Shown here piece by piece: positions 9,447-16,827 of a stretch of 64,000 bases of DNA. The translations under genes and the position numbers were made by a program. Each line of letters opens with the position of its first letter. Within the stretch, counting starts at the first letter, position 1. The DNA comes from Gammaproteobacteria bacterium (GTDB taxonomy: Bacteria > Pseudomonadota > Gammaproteobacteria > Steroidobacterales > Rariloculaceae): the NCBI GenBank assembly GCA_022820625.1, contig JAJEFE010000111.1, forward strand, positions 2,319 through 66,318, in the 5' to 3' direction. The notes under the pieces were generated by a model. It saw nothing but the letters and a program-made list of their open reading frames with translations. It was not told where the DNA came from and did no database searches.

Positions 9447-10355
9447 ATGCGGGACGATTCTTCGGTTGCCGCTCAGCCCGCCGACAAGGCTGATTTCTAT
9501 GCGGCGCAGGGCTATCTGATTGTCGAAGACCTGCTGAACAGCGATGAACTGGCGGAGCTCGAAGCCGACCTCATCAAGTTGGCTCGGGGTGGTTATGACG
9601 CACCCGGCTTGAAGGCCGTTGCCGCCGGCGTCAGTAACGTTGAAGCGCTCGAGCGCATCCTCTGCATCCACATGCCCCATTTCGCGTCGCCGGTCGTTCG
9701 GCGGTTCACGACGCATCCCGGGCTCGCGCGGATTCTCGGGCAAATTGTCGGCGCTCACCTGCAGCCCGGGTATTGGAACGGTGGCGTCAAGTGCATGCAA
9801 TCGATGTTCTTCGCCAAGCCGCCTGGAAAGCCCGGTCAGGCTTGGCACCAGGACGAGTGCTTCATTCCCACCCGTGACCGCAGCCTTTGCGCCGCCTGGA
9901 TCGCCATAGACGACGCAACGCCCGAGAACGGCTGTCTGTGGGTCGTGCCCGGCAGCCATCTTTCGGGCACGCTCTATCCGCTGAGGGAGCACAGCCGGAC
10001 CGACGAGTTCGACCCGGCGCCCGAGAGCTACGGGTTTGACGCGAGCAACGAGATTCCGGTCGAATTGCGCGCCGGGTCCGTGTTGTTTTTCAACGGTTAT
10101 CTCTTGCACCGAAGCATGAAGAATACAAGCGGCCGCTATCGGCGCGCGCTCGTGAACCACTACATGAGCACGCAGAGTCTGCTGCACTGGTGCCTCGACG
10201 AGGAACTTGTCGATGGCAGCAGGCACGGATCGGACAACCGCAGCGTGCACGTCGTCTGCGGCGAGGACCCGTACGCCCGGCTCGGCTACAAGATCCCGGC
10301 GAACCCGGTCTTCCTGCGCGAATACGAGGAGCACGGTGACGCGACACCGTCCTGA
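9447..10355 (+). CDS. Phytanoyl-CoA dioxygenase (PhyH) family Fe(II)/2-oxoglutarate oxygenase, first gene of the ABC-importer operon
   Basis: AQGYLIVEDLLNSDEL, WHQDECF (H-x-D), LLHRSMKNTSGRYRRALVNHY. The 3' end overlaps the next gene by 20 nt. Confidence 0.8.
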   Translation: MRDDSSVAAQPADKADFYAAQGYLIVEDLLNSDELAELEADLIKLARGGYDAPGLKAVAAGVSNVEALERILCIHMPHFASPVVRRFTTHPGLARILGQIVGAHLQPGYWNGGVKCMQSMFFAKPPGKPGQAWHQDECFIPTRDRSLCAAWIAIDDATPENGCLWVVPGSHLSGTLYPLREHSRTDEFDPAPESYGFDASNEIPVELRAGSVLFFNGYLLHRSMKNTSGRYRRALVNHYMSTQSLLHWCLDEELVDGSRHGSDNRSVHVVCGEDPYARLGYKIPANPVFLREYEEHGDATPS

Positions 10356-11811
10356 CATCGGCGCGGCAGCACTGTTGCTGTTTGGCGCCACTGCCGGTGT
10401 GCATGCGCAGCAGGTCTCGGTTGACGATGCGGCTCAGGCGTACCGGCAGATTCAGATCGACGTCAGCTACGCACCGTCCGACGCCATCGCGGGTTTCCAA
10501 GTCTGGTACTCCAGCGAGGCCTTCGAGACCACTCGCGACGCTGAATTGCACTCCACGGTCAGCGTGGCCGACACCACCGACCTCGAGCGCGTGCCGGGGG
10601 ACGCCGTCTTCGAACGCTGCTGGAGCGACGGCCTGCCGATACACCGCGACGCTGCCGGCAATCCCGTAGTGAGCACGGCCGCCACCGAATGGTCCTGTGC
10701 GCTGACCGGCATGACGCCCGGCGCCGGGCAATGGATAGCGGTCGTGCCCGTTGACGCCGAAGGCGCGCCGCTCGTGGATCCCGAACGCCTCCAGCCGGTG
10801 GTAGGCCGTACGGACGTACCCGACGAACGGACGCCGCCGCCGGATACGCGGCCGGTCCTGTACGCGCTCGGCATGGTGGCGCTGTCCGCCATCGTGCTGC
10901 TTTCCTTCCTGCGCTGGCAGGACGTCGGCCGCGGCCGCGCGAAGTCCCGCCTGGCTCACATCTACGTCGCGCCGGCCCTGATTGCGCTGGCCACGCTGAC
11001 GTTCTACCCGATCCTCTACGGCATGTGGCTCGCGTTTACCAACGCCGACCAGAGCCGGCTCGGCGACGAAGCCTGGATCGGGCTTGCAAACTTCGCGACG
11101 GTCTTCGCGAGTTCCGGACTCTGGCGCGTGACGCTGTTCACCTTCGTTTGGGCGGTCAGCAATGTCTTCGCGCACGTCTTTCTCGGCCTCGTGCTCGCCG
11201 TCGTGCTCAACCGCCGCGGCCTGCGGGGCAGGACCGTGTATCGCACGATCCTGCTGTTGCCCTGGGCGATTCCCGGCTACATCTCGGTGCTTGCCTGGAA
11301 CGGGATGCTGCAGCCCGACGGCCTCGTCAATGCTTTCCTAGGCACTGCCATCGATTTCTTCGCGGGCGCGAACTCGGCTCGCAGCGTCGTGATTCTCGTG
11401 AACATCTGGCTCGGCGTGCCGTTCATGATGATGGTCCTGAGCGGCGCGCTGCAGGCGCTGCCGTCGAACATGTACGAAGCGGCGAAGATCGACGGCGTCA
11501 GCCGCTGGGACCAGTTTCGCTACCTGACCTTCCCGAACCTCAAGGGCACTCTGGTGCCTGTGAGCCTGCTGAGCTTCATCTGGACCTTCAACACCTTCAA
11601 TACGATTTATCTGCTGACACGAGGCAATCCCTATGTCGGCTTCGGAGAACCGGGCGCGACCGATACGCTGATCACCTACGTGTTCGCCGTGGCGTTCGAG
11701 TACGGACGCTACGGGGTCGCTGCCGCGTGGTCGGTGCTGATCTTCCTGATGCTGGTCGGGTTTTCCTGGCTGTACCTGAAGCGTACACGGGCCATGGAGG
11801 CTGCGGCGTGA
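10336..11811 (+). CDS. Carbohydrate ABC transporter permease (MalF-like) with an N-terminal secreted extra domain
   Basis: GTG at 10336 lies 4 nt after GAGGAG (10326..10331). Signal-like DIGAAALLLFGATAGVHA/QQ is followed by a soluble region of about 170 aa, then a MalF-type core (FYPILYGMWLAFTN, EAAKIDGVSRWDQFRYLTFPNLK EAA loop). The part of ORF 10207.. upstream of 10336 overlaps the PhyH gene and is Arg/Ser/Thr junk. Confidence 0.8.
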   Translation: MTRHRPDIGAAALLLFGATAGVHAQQVSVDDAAQAYRQIQIDVSYAPSDAIAGFQVWYSSEAFETTRDAELHSTVSVADTTDLERVPGDAVFERCWSDGLPIHRDAAGNPVVSTAATEWSCALTGMTPGAGQWIAVVPVDAEGAPLVDPERLQPVVGRTDVPDERTPPPDTRPVLYALGMVALSAIVLLSFLRWQDVGRGRAKSRLAHIYVAPALIALATLTFYPILYGMWLAFTNADQSRLGDEAWIGLANFATVFASSGLWRVTLFTFVWAVSNVFAHVFLGLVLAVVLNRRGLRGRTVYRTILLLPWAIPGYISVLAWNGMLQPDGLVNAFLGTAIDFFAGANSARSVVILVNIWLGVPFMMMVLSGALQALPSNMYEAAKIDGVSRWDQFRYLTFPNLKGTLVPVSLLSFIWTFNTFNTIYLLTRGNPYVGFGEPGATDTLITYVFAVAFEYGRYGVAAAWSVLIFLMLVGFSWLYLKRTRAMEAAA

Positions 11812-13091
11812 CGGTCAGCGCGCGCAACGGCATGGGCGGTGGCCAAGCCACTGTCACACTCGCCGAACGGTGGTACGTGCCGGCGGAGGTCCGGGCGCTG
11901 CGCGCATGGATACCGTTCGCGTTGCTGGTCAATCTGATCATCCTCGGCGGCGAAGCGCTGCGCGGCGGCGGTACGGCACAACTCGCGGTACTGGGAGGGA
12001 TCGTGCTGTTGGCGGTGCTGTGGTGGTCGCTGCCCGACGGACGGCAACAGTGGCGGCGGACTGCGAGCCAGGGCCTCGCGGCTGCGATCCTGGTGCTGGG
12101 CGTGCTTTTGCTGCTGCTGAAGGACGGCGACTTCTACGATCTCTGGGCGAGTTCCTGGCTCATCGCCCCTTCGGCATTGGCGCTTTACTGGTTGTCAACC
12201 GGACTCAGCGGCTCCTGGTGCGCGGGCGATTCAGACCCGCGCTCGGCGGAACTCGGGCTCGCCCGCAACCGCCGCCTTGGCCCGCGGCTCGAGACCTTCG
12301 CCCTGCACACGCTCCTGCTTCACGCGGTGGCGCTCATCGTCGCGCCCGCAGTCTGGATCGTCGATTTGTCCATCTCACCGGGCAACATCCTCGGCGGCGC
12401 CATCGGCGATGCGTTCACGCTCGAACACTTTTGGGCGGTGTTGGGCGGCGAGACATTCTGGCGGTGGACTCGCAACTCCCTGATCGTGGCACTCGGCACG
12501 ACCCTCGTCGGTTTGCTGCTGGCGATACCCGCCGGTTACGCGTTCAGCCGTTACCGGTTTGCCGGCCGCAAGGGCGCGATGTTCGTTTTTATGCTCATCC
12601 AGATGTTTCCGGGCATCGTCATCCTCGTGCCGTACTTCATGGTCATGAAGACCCTTGGGCTGCTCAACACGAGCATCGGCCTGATCATCGCCTATTCGGT
12701 TACCGCGTTGCCGCTGTGCGTGTGGATGCTCAAGGGTTTTTTCGACGCCGTGCCGCGGGCGCTCGAAGAGGCGGCGCTTCTTGACGGCTGCACCCAGGTG
12801 GGCGTGTTCGTCTTCGTCGTCCTGCCATTGTCATTGCCGGCCGTCGCGATCACGGCATTGTTCTCGTTCCTGACGGCCTGGAACGAGTTCCTGCTGGCGC
12901 TCGTGTTCAACACCTCCAATGACTCGTATACGCTGCCGGTCGGACTCGCGTCCATGATTCCCGCCACCGGTCAGCTCTGGGGCGACTTTGCGGCCGCGAG
13001 TATCATCGTGAGCATCCCCGTGGTCGTGCTGTTCGTGCTGTTCCAGCGTGCTCTGATCCAGGGTCTGAGCGCGGGAAGCGTCAAGGGTTAG
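11808..13091 (+). CDS. Carbohydrate ABC transporter permease (MalG-like) with about 4 extra N-terminal TM helices
   Basis: GTG start in a GTGA overlap with the malF-like stop. Core motifs GYAFSRYRF, EEAALLDGCTQVGVF (EAA loop), WNEFLLALVF. An N-terminal hydrophobic extension of about 150 aa. The ORF-track start at 11025 overlaps the previous gene out of frame. Confidence 0.8.
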   Translation: MTVSARNGMGGGQATVTLAERWYVPAEVRALRAWIPFALLVNLIILGGEALRGGGTAQLAVLGGIVLLAVLWWSLPDGRQQWRRTASQGLAAAILVLGVLLLLLKDGDFYDLWASSWLIAPSALALYWLSTGLSGSWCAGDSDPRSAELGLARNRRLGPRLETFALHTLLLHAVALIVAPAVWIVDLSISPGNILGGAIGDAFTLEHFWAVLGGETFWRWTRNSLIVALGTTLVGLLLAIPAGYAFSRYRFAGRKGAMFVFMLIQMFPGIVILVPYFMVMKTLGLLNTSIGLIIAYSVTALPLCVWMLKGFFDAVPRALEEAALLDGCTQVGVFVFVVLPLSLPAVAITALFSFLTAWNEFLLALVFNTSNDSYTLPVGLASMIPATGQLWGDFAAASIIVSIPVVVLFVLFQRALIQGLSAGSVKG

Positions 13092-13094
13092 TGC

Positions 13095-14159
13095 GTGTCT
13101 GACGTCGAATTCATCGAGACGACAAAGGTCTACGACGACGGCACGGTCGCGCTCGATTCACTGAGTCTCAGGGTCCGGAAGGGCGAGTTTCTCGTGTTGC
13201 TCGGTCCGTCCGGCTGCGGCAAGTCGACTGCATTGCGCCTGCTCGCAGGTCTCGAGGACATCACGCGGGGGGAGATCAGGATCGGCGGCTCCAGGGTCAA
13301 CGACCTGCCGCCCGGAGCCCGCGGGCTCGGCATGGTGTTCCAGTCCTATGCCCTGTACCCCCACATGACGGTGCGCGCGAACCTCGCTTTCGGTCTGCGC
13401 CGCAACAGGGGCGATACGCGAGTCAGCGAAGCGGAAATCTCCGCGAGGGTCGAGGAAGCCACCGAATTGCTCGACCTGCGCAAGGTGCTCGAGAAGAAAC
13501 CCCGCGAATTGTCTGGCGGACAGCAGCAGCGGGTCGCCATCGGCCGGGCGCTCGTGCGGCGCCCCAAGGTTCTGCTCATGGACGAGCCGCTGTCCAACCT
13601 CGATGCGAGGCTGCGCAATCGAATGCGTTTCGAACTGCGCCGCCTGCACGAGGCGCACGGCACGACCACGCTCTACGTGACTCACGATCAGGTCGAGGCG
13701 ATGACCCTGGCCGATCGCGTCGCGATCATCTCCGAGGGCAGATTGCAGCAGAGTTCAAGGCCGCTCGAAGCCTATAACCGTCCCGCCAATTCCTTTGTCG
13801 CCTCCTTCCTCGGCACTCCGGCCATGAACCTCATCGAGGGCGCGGCGGAGCGGGGCGTTTTCACTGCCGGCGAACTCAGCTTCGCTCTGCCCGAGCACCT
13901 GGCGGGCTGGACGGGTCCCGGCATCTTCGGCGTTCGCCCGGAGGATGTGCGAATCGGCGAATCCGGGGACGTGCGATGCCGCGTCGGCGGTGTGGAACAC
14001 CTGGGCAGCGATTCGATCTACCACCTCGATGCCGGCGGCAACTGGATCAGGGCGCTCTGGCACCGTTCCGGGGGCGGAGCTGCGGGGTCCGACGGCGAGG
14101 AACACCGCGACGTCAGGGTGGATCTCGCCGTGCCTTCAGCCCTCATCTTCAAGGAATAG
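13095..14159 (+). CDS. Sugar ABC transporter ATP-binding protein (MalK/UgpC-like)
   Basis: Walker A GPSGCGKST, Q-loop, LSGGQQQRVAIGRAL signature, Walker B LLMDEPLSNLD, and a MalK-type C-terminal regulatory domain. GTG start 3 nt after the upstream stop. Confidence 0.9.
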   Translation: MSDVEFIETTKVYDDGTVALDSLSLRVRKGEFLVLLGPSGCGKSTALRLLAGLEDITRGEIRIGGSRVNDLPPGARGLGMVFQSYALYPHMTVRANLAFGLRRNRGDTRVSEAEISARVEEATELLDLRKVLEKKPRELSGGQQQRVAIGRALVRRPKVLLMDEPLSNLDARLRNRMRFELRRLHEAHGTTTLYVTHDQVEAMTLADRVAIISEGRLQQSSRPLEAYNRPANSFVASFLGTPAMNLIEGAAERGVFTAGELSFALPEHLAGWTGPGIFGVRPEDVRIGESGDVRCRVGGVEHLGSDSIYHLDAGGNWIRALWHRSGGGAAGSDGEEHRDVRVDLAVPSALIFKE

Positions 14160-14182
14160 GGCGCGTGTCCGCCGATTGGGAC

Positions 14183-15319
14183 ATGAGCGATCCCTTCGCC
14201 GAGGCGCGCCGCCGCGCAGGCGTGCTGGATGCGGATTTCCTCGGCGAGAGGATTCCTATGATCCTGGCCTACCACGACGTGCGCGCCGCGGCCCATGACT
14301 ACGGCACCTACAGCTCCGATGCGCCGTTTCGCGTGCCTATTCCGTCCGAAGAGCGCGTGCGCAAGGTCAGGCAGTTGCCCATCGAGACCGACCCGCCCGA
14401 GCACACCGAGTACCGGGCGATCGTACAGCCGTTCTTCAGCGTATCCGGGCGTCCCCGACTGGTCGAGGCTGTGGATGTCCTGATCGCTGAAATGCTCGAC
14501 GTAGCAGTAGGGAATTCCCGTCCCGTGGAAGTCGTGCGGGAGTTTGCGCTGCCGCTGCAGTCGCGCGCGCTCACGCTGCTGCTGCGCATGCCGCTTGAGG
14601 CCGCCGATGAATGGATCGGCTGGGGCCTGCACGTCTTTGCGGGCCCTGAAGGGCACAGCGAGGAGAAGGGCAATGTTCTCGACCGCTACCTGCACAGCCA
14701 GTTCGACCGAGCCGAGGCCGATCCTGGCGGCGATTTCTTCAGCGCATTGACCAGGGCGACGTTTCGCGGCCGGTCGTTGACGCGCGATGAGATGATTGGA
14801 TTTGCAAACCTGGTCTTTGCCGGCGGCCGGGATACCGTCATTGCCGCGGTTTCGCTGACGCTTGCGCACTTCGCCATGCACGCCGAAGACCTCCGCAAGG
14901 TGCAGGGCGAACCGCTGTTGGCGCGCCGCGCCGCCGAGGAAATCGTGCGCGTCGCCTCGCCGCTGACGATGATCGCGCGGGTCTGCCCGCAGGTTACCGA
15001 CATCCACGGCACAAGCGTTCCGGCCAACGACCGGGCGGCATTGTGCTGGGCCTCGGCAAACCGCGACGAGACCGTCTTCGAGGCGCCGAACAAACTCCTC
15101 ATCGACCGCAAGCGCAACCCGCATCTGGCGTACGGCGCCGGACCGCATCTTTGTCTTGGCGCATCGTATGCGCGCCTGCTGCTCAGGACGCTGATCAGGC
15201 TGATCGGAAGCAAGATCGGACGAATGGCAGTGGTCGGCTGCGAGCCCCACTACGAGGAAGCGACCGTATACAGGCGTCAAACAGGCTATGCGTCGCTCCG
15301 AATCCGATTTGGGCGCTAG
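14183..15319 (+). CDS. Cytochrome P450 monooxygenase
   Basis: I-helix AGGRDTV, E-x-x-R (EEIVR), heme-thiolate loop YGAGPHLCLGASYAR. ATG at 14183 (alternatively GTG at 14165) follows the ATPase gene by 23 nt. The upstream part of ORF 13976.. overlaps malK out of frame. Confidence 0.85.
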   Translation: MSDPFAEARRRAGVLDADFLGERIPMILAYHDVRAAAHDYGTYSSDAPFRVPIPSEERVRKVRQLPIETDPPEHTEYRAIVQPFFSVSGRPRLVEAVDVLIAEMLDVAVGNSRPVEVVREFALPLQSRALTLLLRMPLEAADEWIGWGLHVFAGPEGHSEEKGNVLDRYLHSQFDRAEADPGGDFFSALTRATFRGRSLTRDEMIGFANLVFAGGRDTVIAAVSLTLAHFAMHAEDLRKVQGEPLLARRAAEEIVRVASPLTMIARVCPQVTDIHGTSVPANDRAALCWASANRDETVFEAPNKLLIDRKRNPHLAYGAGPHLCLGASYARLLLRTLIRLIGSKIGRMAVVGCEPHYEEATVYRRQTGYASLRIRFGR

Positions 15320-15418
15320 GGCGGAGCAGGGAGCCGGCAGCCGACAGCCCCGGTGCGCTTGGGTTGCTGTCATCGACGAGCATGTATCATCGTGTCAGTC
15401 CGTGCAGGTGTTCCGGGG

Positions 15419-15452
15419 ATGTCTTAACCAGGTTGTTCGTCACAGAAGACAT
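15419..15452 (+). promoter_or_regulatory. Intra-operon inverted repeat ATGTCTT-N20-AAGACAT with nested AACCAGGTT
   Basis: Perfect 7-bp arms seen directly, located between the P450 stop and the binding-protein start in an otherwise lower-GC spacer. Function unknown (mRNA processing or stability hairpin, or a protein site). Confidence 0.3.
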
Positions 15453-15471
15453 TCTTGTAATACAATAACTT

Positions 15472-16794
15472 ATGGAGCATAAGGCGACGGTGGCTTACGT
15501 TTTTCACATCGGTCCCGGCGGCAGGCTTGCCTGTGGCCTGGCAGCCGTCCGGGTTGCGCTCCGTGCCACGGTCCTGCTGGCGGCACTACTGTTCGCGTCG
15601 CCGCCCGGCCGTGGCGCCGATGGCGAAGCCGCGATGCTCGAGGTCTGGCACACCTTTGGGACCAACAGCGAAGATGAGCGGATTTTCATGGGCGCCGTGG
15701 AAGCGTTCGAAGCCGCACATCCAGAAATTGCCGTGGAACCCGTGCGCATCCCCTACCTGCAGAATCTCCAGCAGTTCATCAATTCGTCACAGGGTGGGGA
15801 GGCCCCGGATGTCGTACGCCTCTCCGATACGGAACTCGGCAGGATCGGTCACATTTCAGTGGAGGGATTACCGCTGCTGGAGGATCTTCGGCCGCACTTG
15901 ACGCCGGTTCAACGCGCGCGCTTCGAGCCGCGTGCGCTGAACGCGATGCGCTACGGCGGTGCGCTGTATGCGATCCCGGTCAGTCAGGGCACGCTGGCGC
16001 TGCTTTACAACAAGGCTCTGTTCGACGCCGCGGGAGTCGGGTATCCGCGCGACGACTGGACCACGGACGACCTCATCGCCGCCGCCAAGGCTCTGACCGG
16101 CGACGACGTGCTCGGCATCGCGCTGCCGATCAGGTGGTCTTACTGGTTCATCCCGTTCCTGACGGGTTTCGGCGCGACATTGTTCGACGCCGATGCCAAT
16201 CCAACGCTCGATTCGCCGGGTTCCGCGCGAGCGCTTGAGTGGTACCTCGACCTCGAGCGCGTCCACGGCATCGCCGCTTCGAGTACGGGCATCGAGACGA
16301 TGTCGACGCAGTTTCAGCTATCGAGGGCGGCGATGGTGCTCGATGGTTCCTGGAACTGGAACGCCTATGTCGCGGCCGGGCTCGACCTTGGCCTGGCGAT
16401 CATGCCCATCGTTGCGGATACGGGAAACCGGATGGGTCCAATGCTCAGCGTGTTCGGCTGGAGCGTCTCGAAGCAGAGCGCGAGCAAGGTGGAGGCCGTC
16501 AAGCTCGCGCAGTGGCTGTCGTCCTACGACGTGCAGAAGGAATTCGCGATCGAAACCTACATGATCCCGACCGATCTCGCGCTTGCAAGGGACCCCGACA
16601 TTGCCGCAAATTCGACGCTGAACGGTTACCTCAGGCAGACGGAATTCGGCGCCGAAGTGCCGACGACGCGCGCAACCTACATGGTCTTCGAACAGCTCGA
16701 CACCGCGCTGGAACTGACTTCCACGGGCCAGATGGACGCGCGCTCGGCGCTTGAGGCCGCCGACGAGGAAATGGAGCGGATACTGCGGCAATAG
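15472..16794 (+). CDS. ABC transporter extracellular solute-binding protein, family 1 (sugar-binding, MalE-like)
   Basis: Hydrophobic signal region, then EVWHTFG....RIFMGAVEAFEAAHPEIAVEP, DVVRLSDTELGR, LLYNKALFDAAGV, typical of carbohydrate SBPs. The exact start is uncertain. Confidence 0.85.
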   Translation: MEHKATVAYVFHIGPGGRLACGLAAVRVALRATVLLAALLFASPPGRGADGEAAMLEVWHTFGTNSEDERIFMGAVEAFEAAHPEIAVEPVRIPYLQNLQQFINSSQGGEAPDVVRLSDTELGRIGHISVEGLPLLEDLRPHLTPVQRARFEPRALNAMRYGGALYAIPVSQGTLALLYNKALFDAAGVGYPRDDWTTDDLIAAAKALTGDDVLGIALPIRWSYWFIPFLTGFGATLFDADANPTLDSPGSARALEWYLDLERVHGIAASSTGIETMSTQFQLSRAAMVLDGSWNWNAYVAAGLDLGLAIMPIVADTGNRMGPMLSVFGWSVSKQSASKVEAVKLAQWLSSYDVQKEFAIETYMIPTDLALARDPDIAANSTLNGYLRQTEFGAEVPTTRATYMVFEQLDTALELTSTGQMDARSALEAADEEMERILRQ

Positions 16795-16827
16795 TGGCGG
16801 AGCAGGGGAGGCGACCGCTGTCCGGGG

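Noticed and set aside
10207-10335. Upstream extensions of the ORF-track entries for the ABC permeases and the P450 (10207..10335, 11025..11807, 13976..14164).
   Set aside because: They overlap the preceding, well-supported genes in another frame and encode Arg/Ser/Pro-rich junk. RBS-backed or coupled starts exist at 10336, 11808 and 14183 (or 14165).
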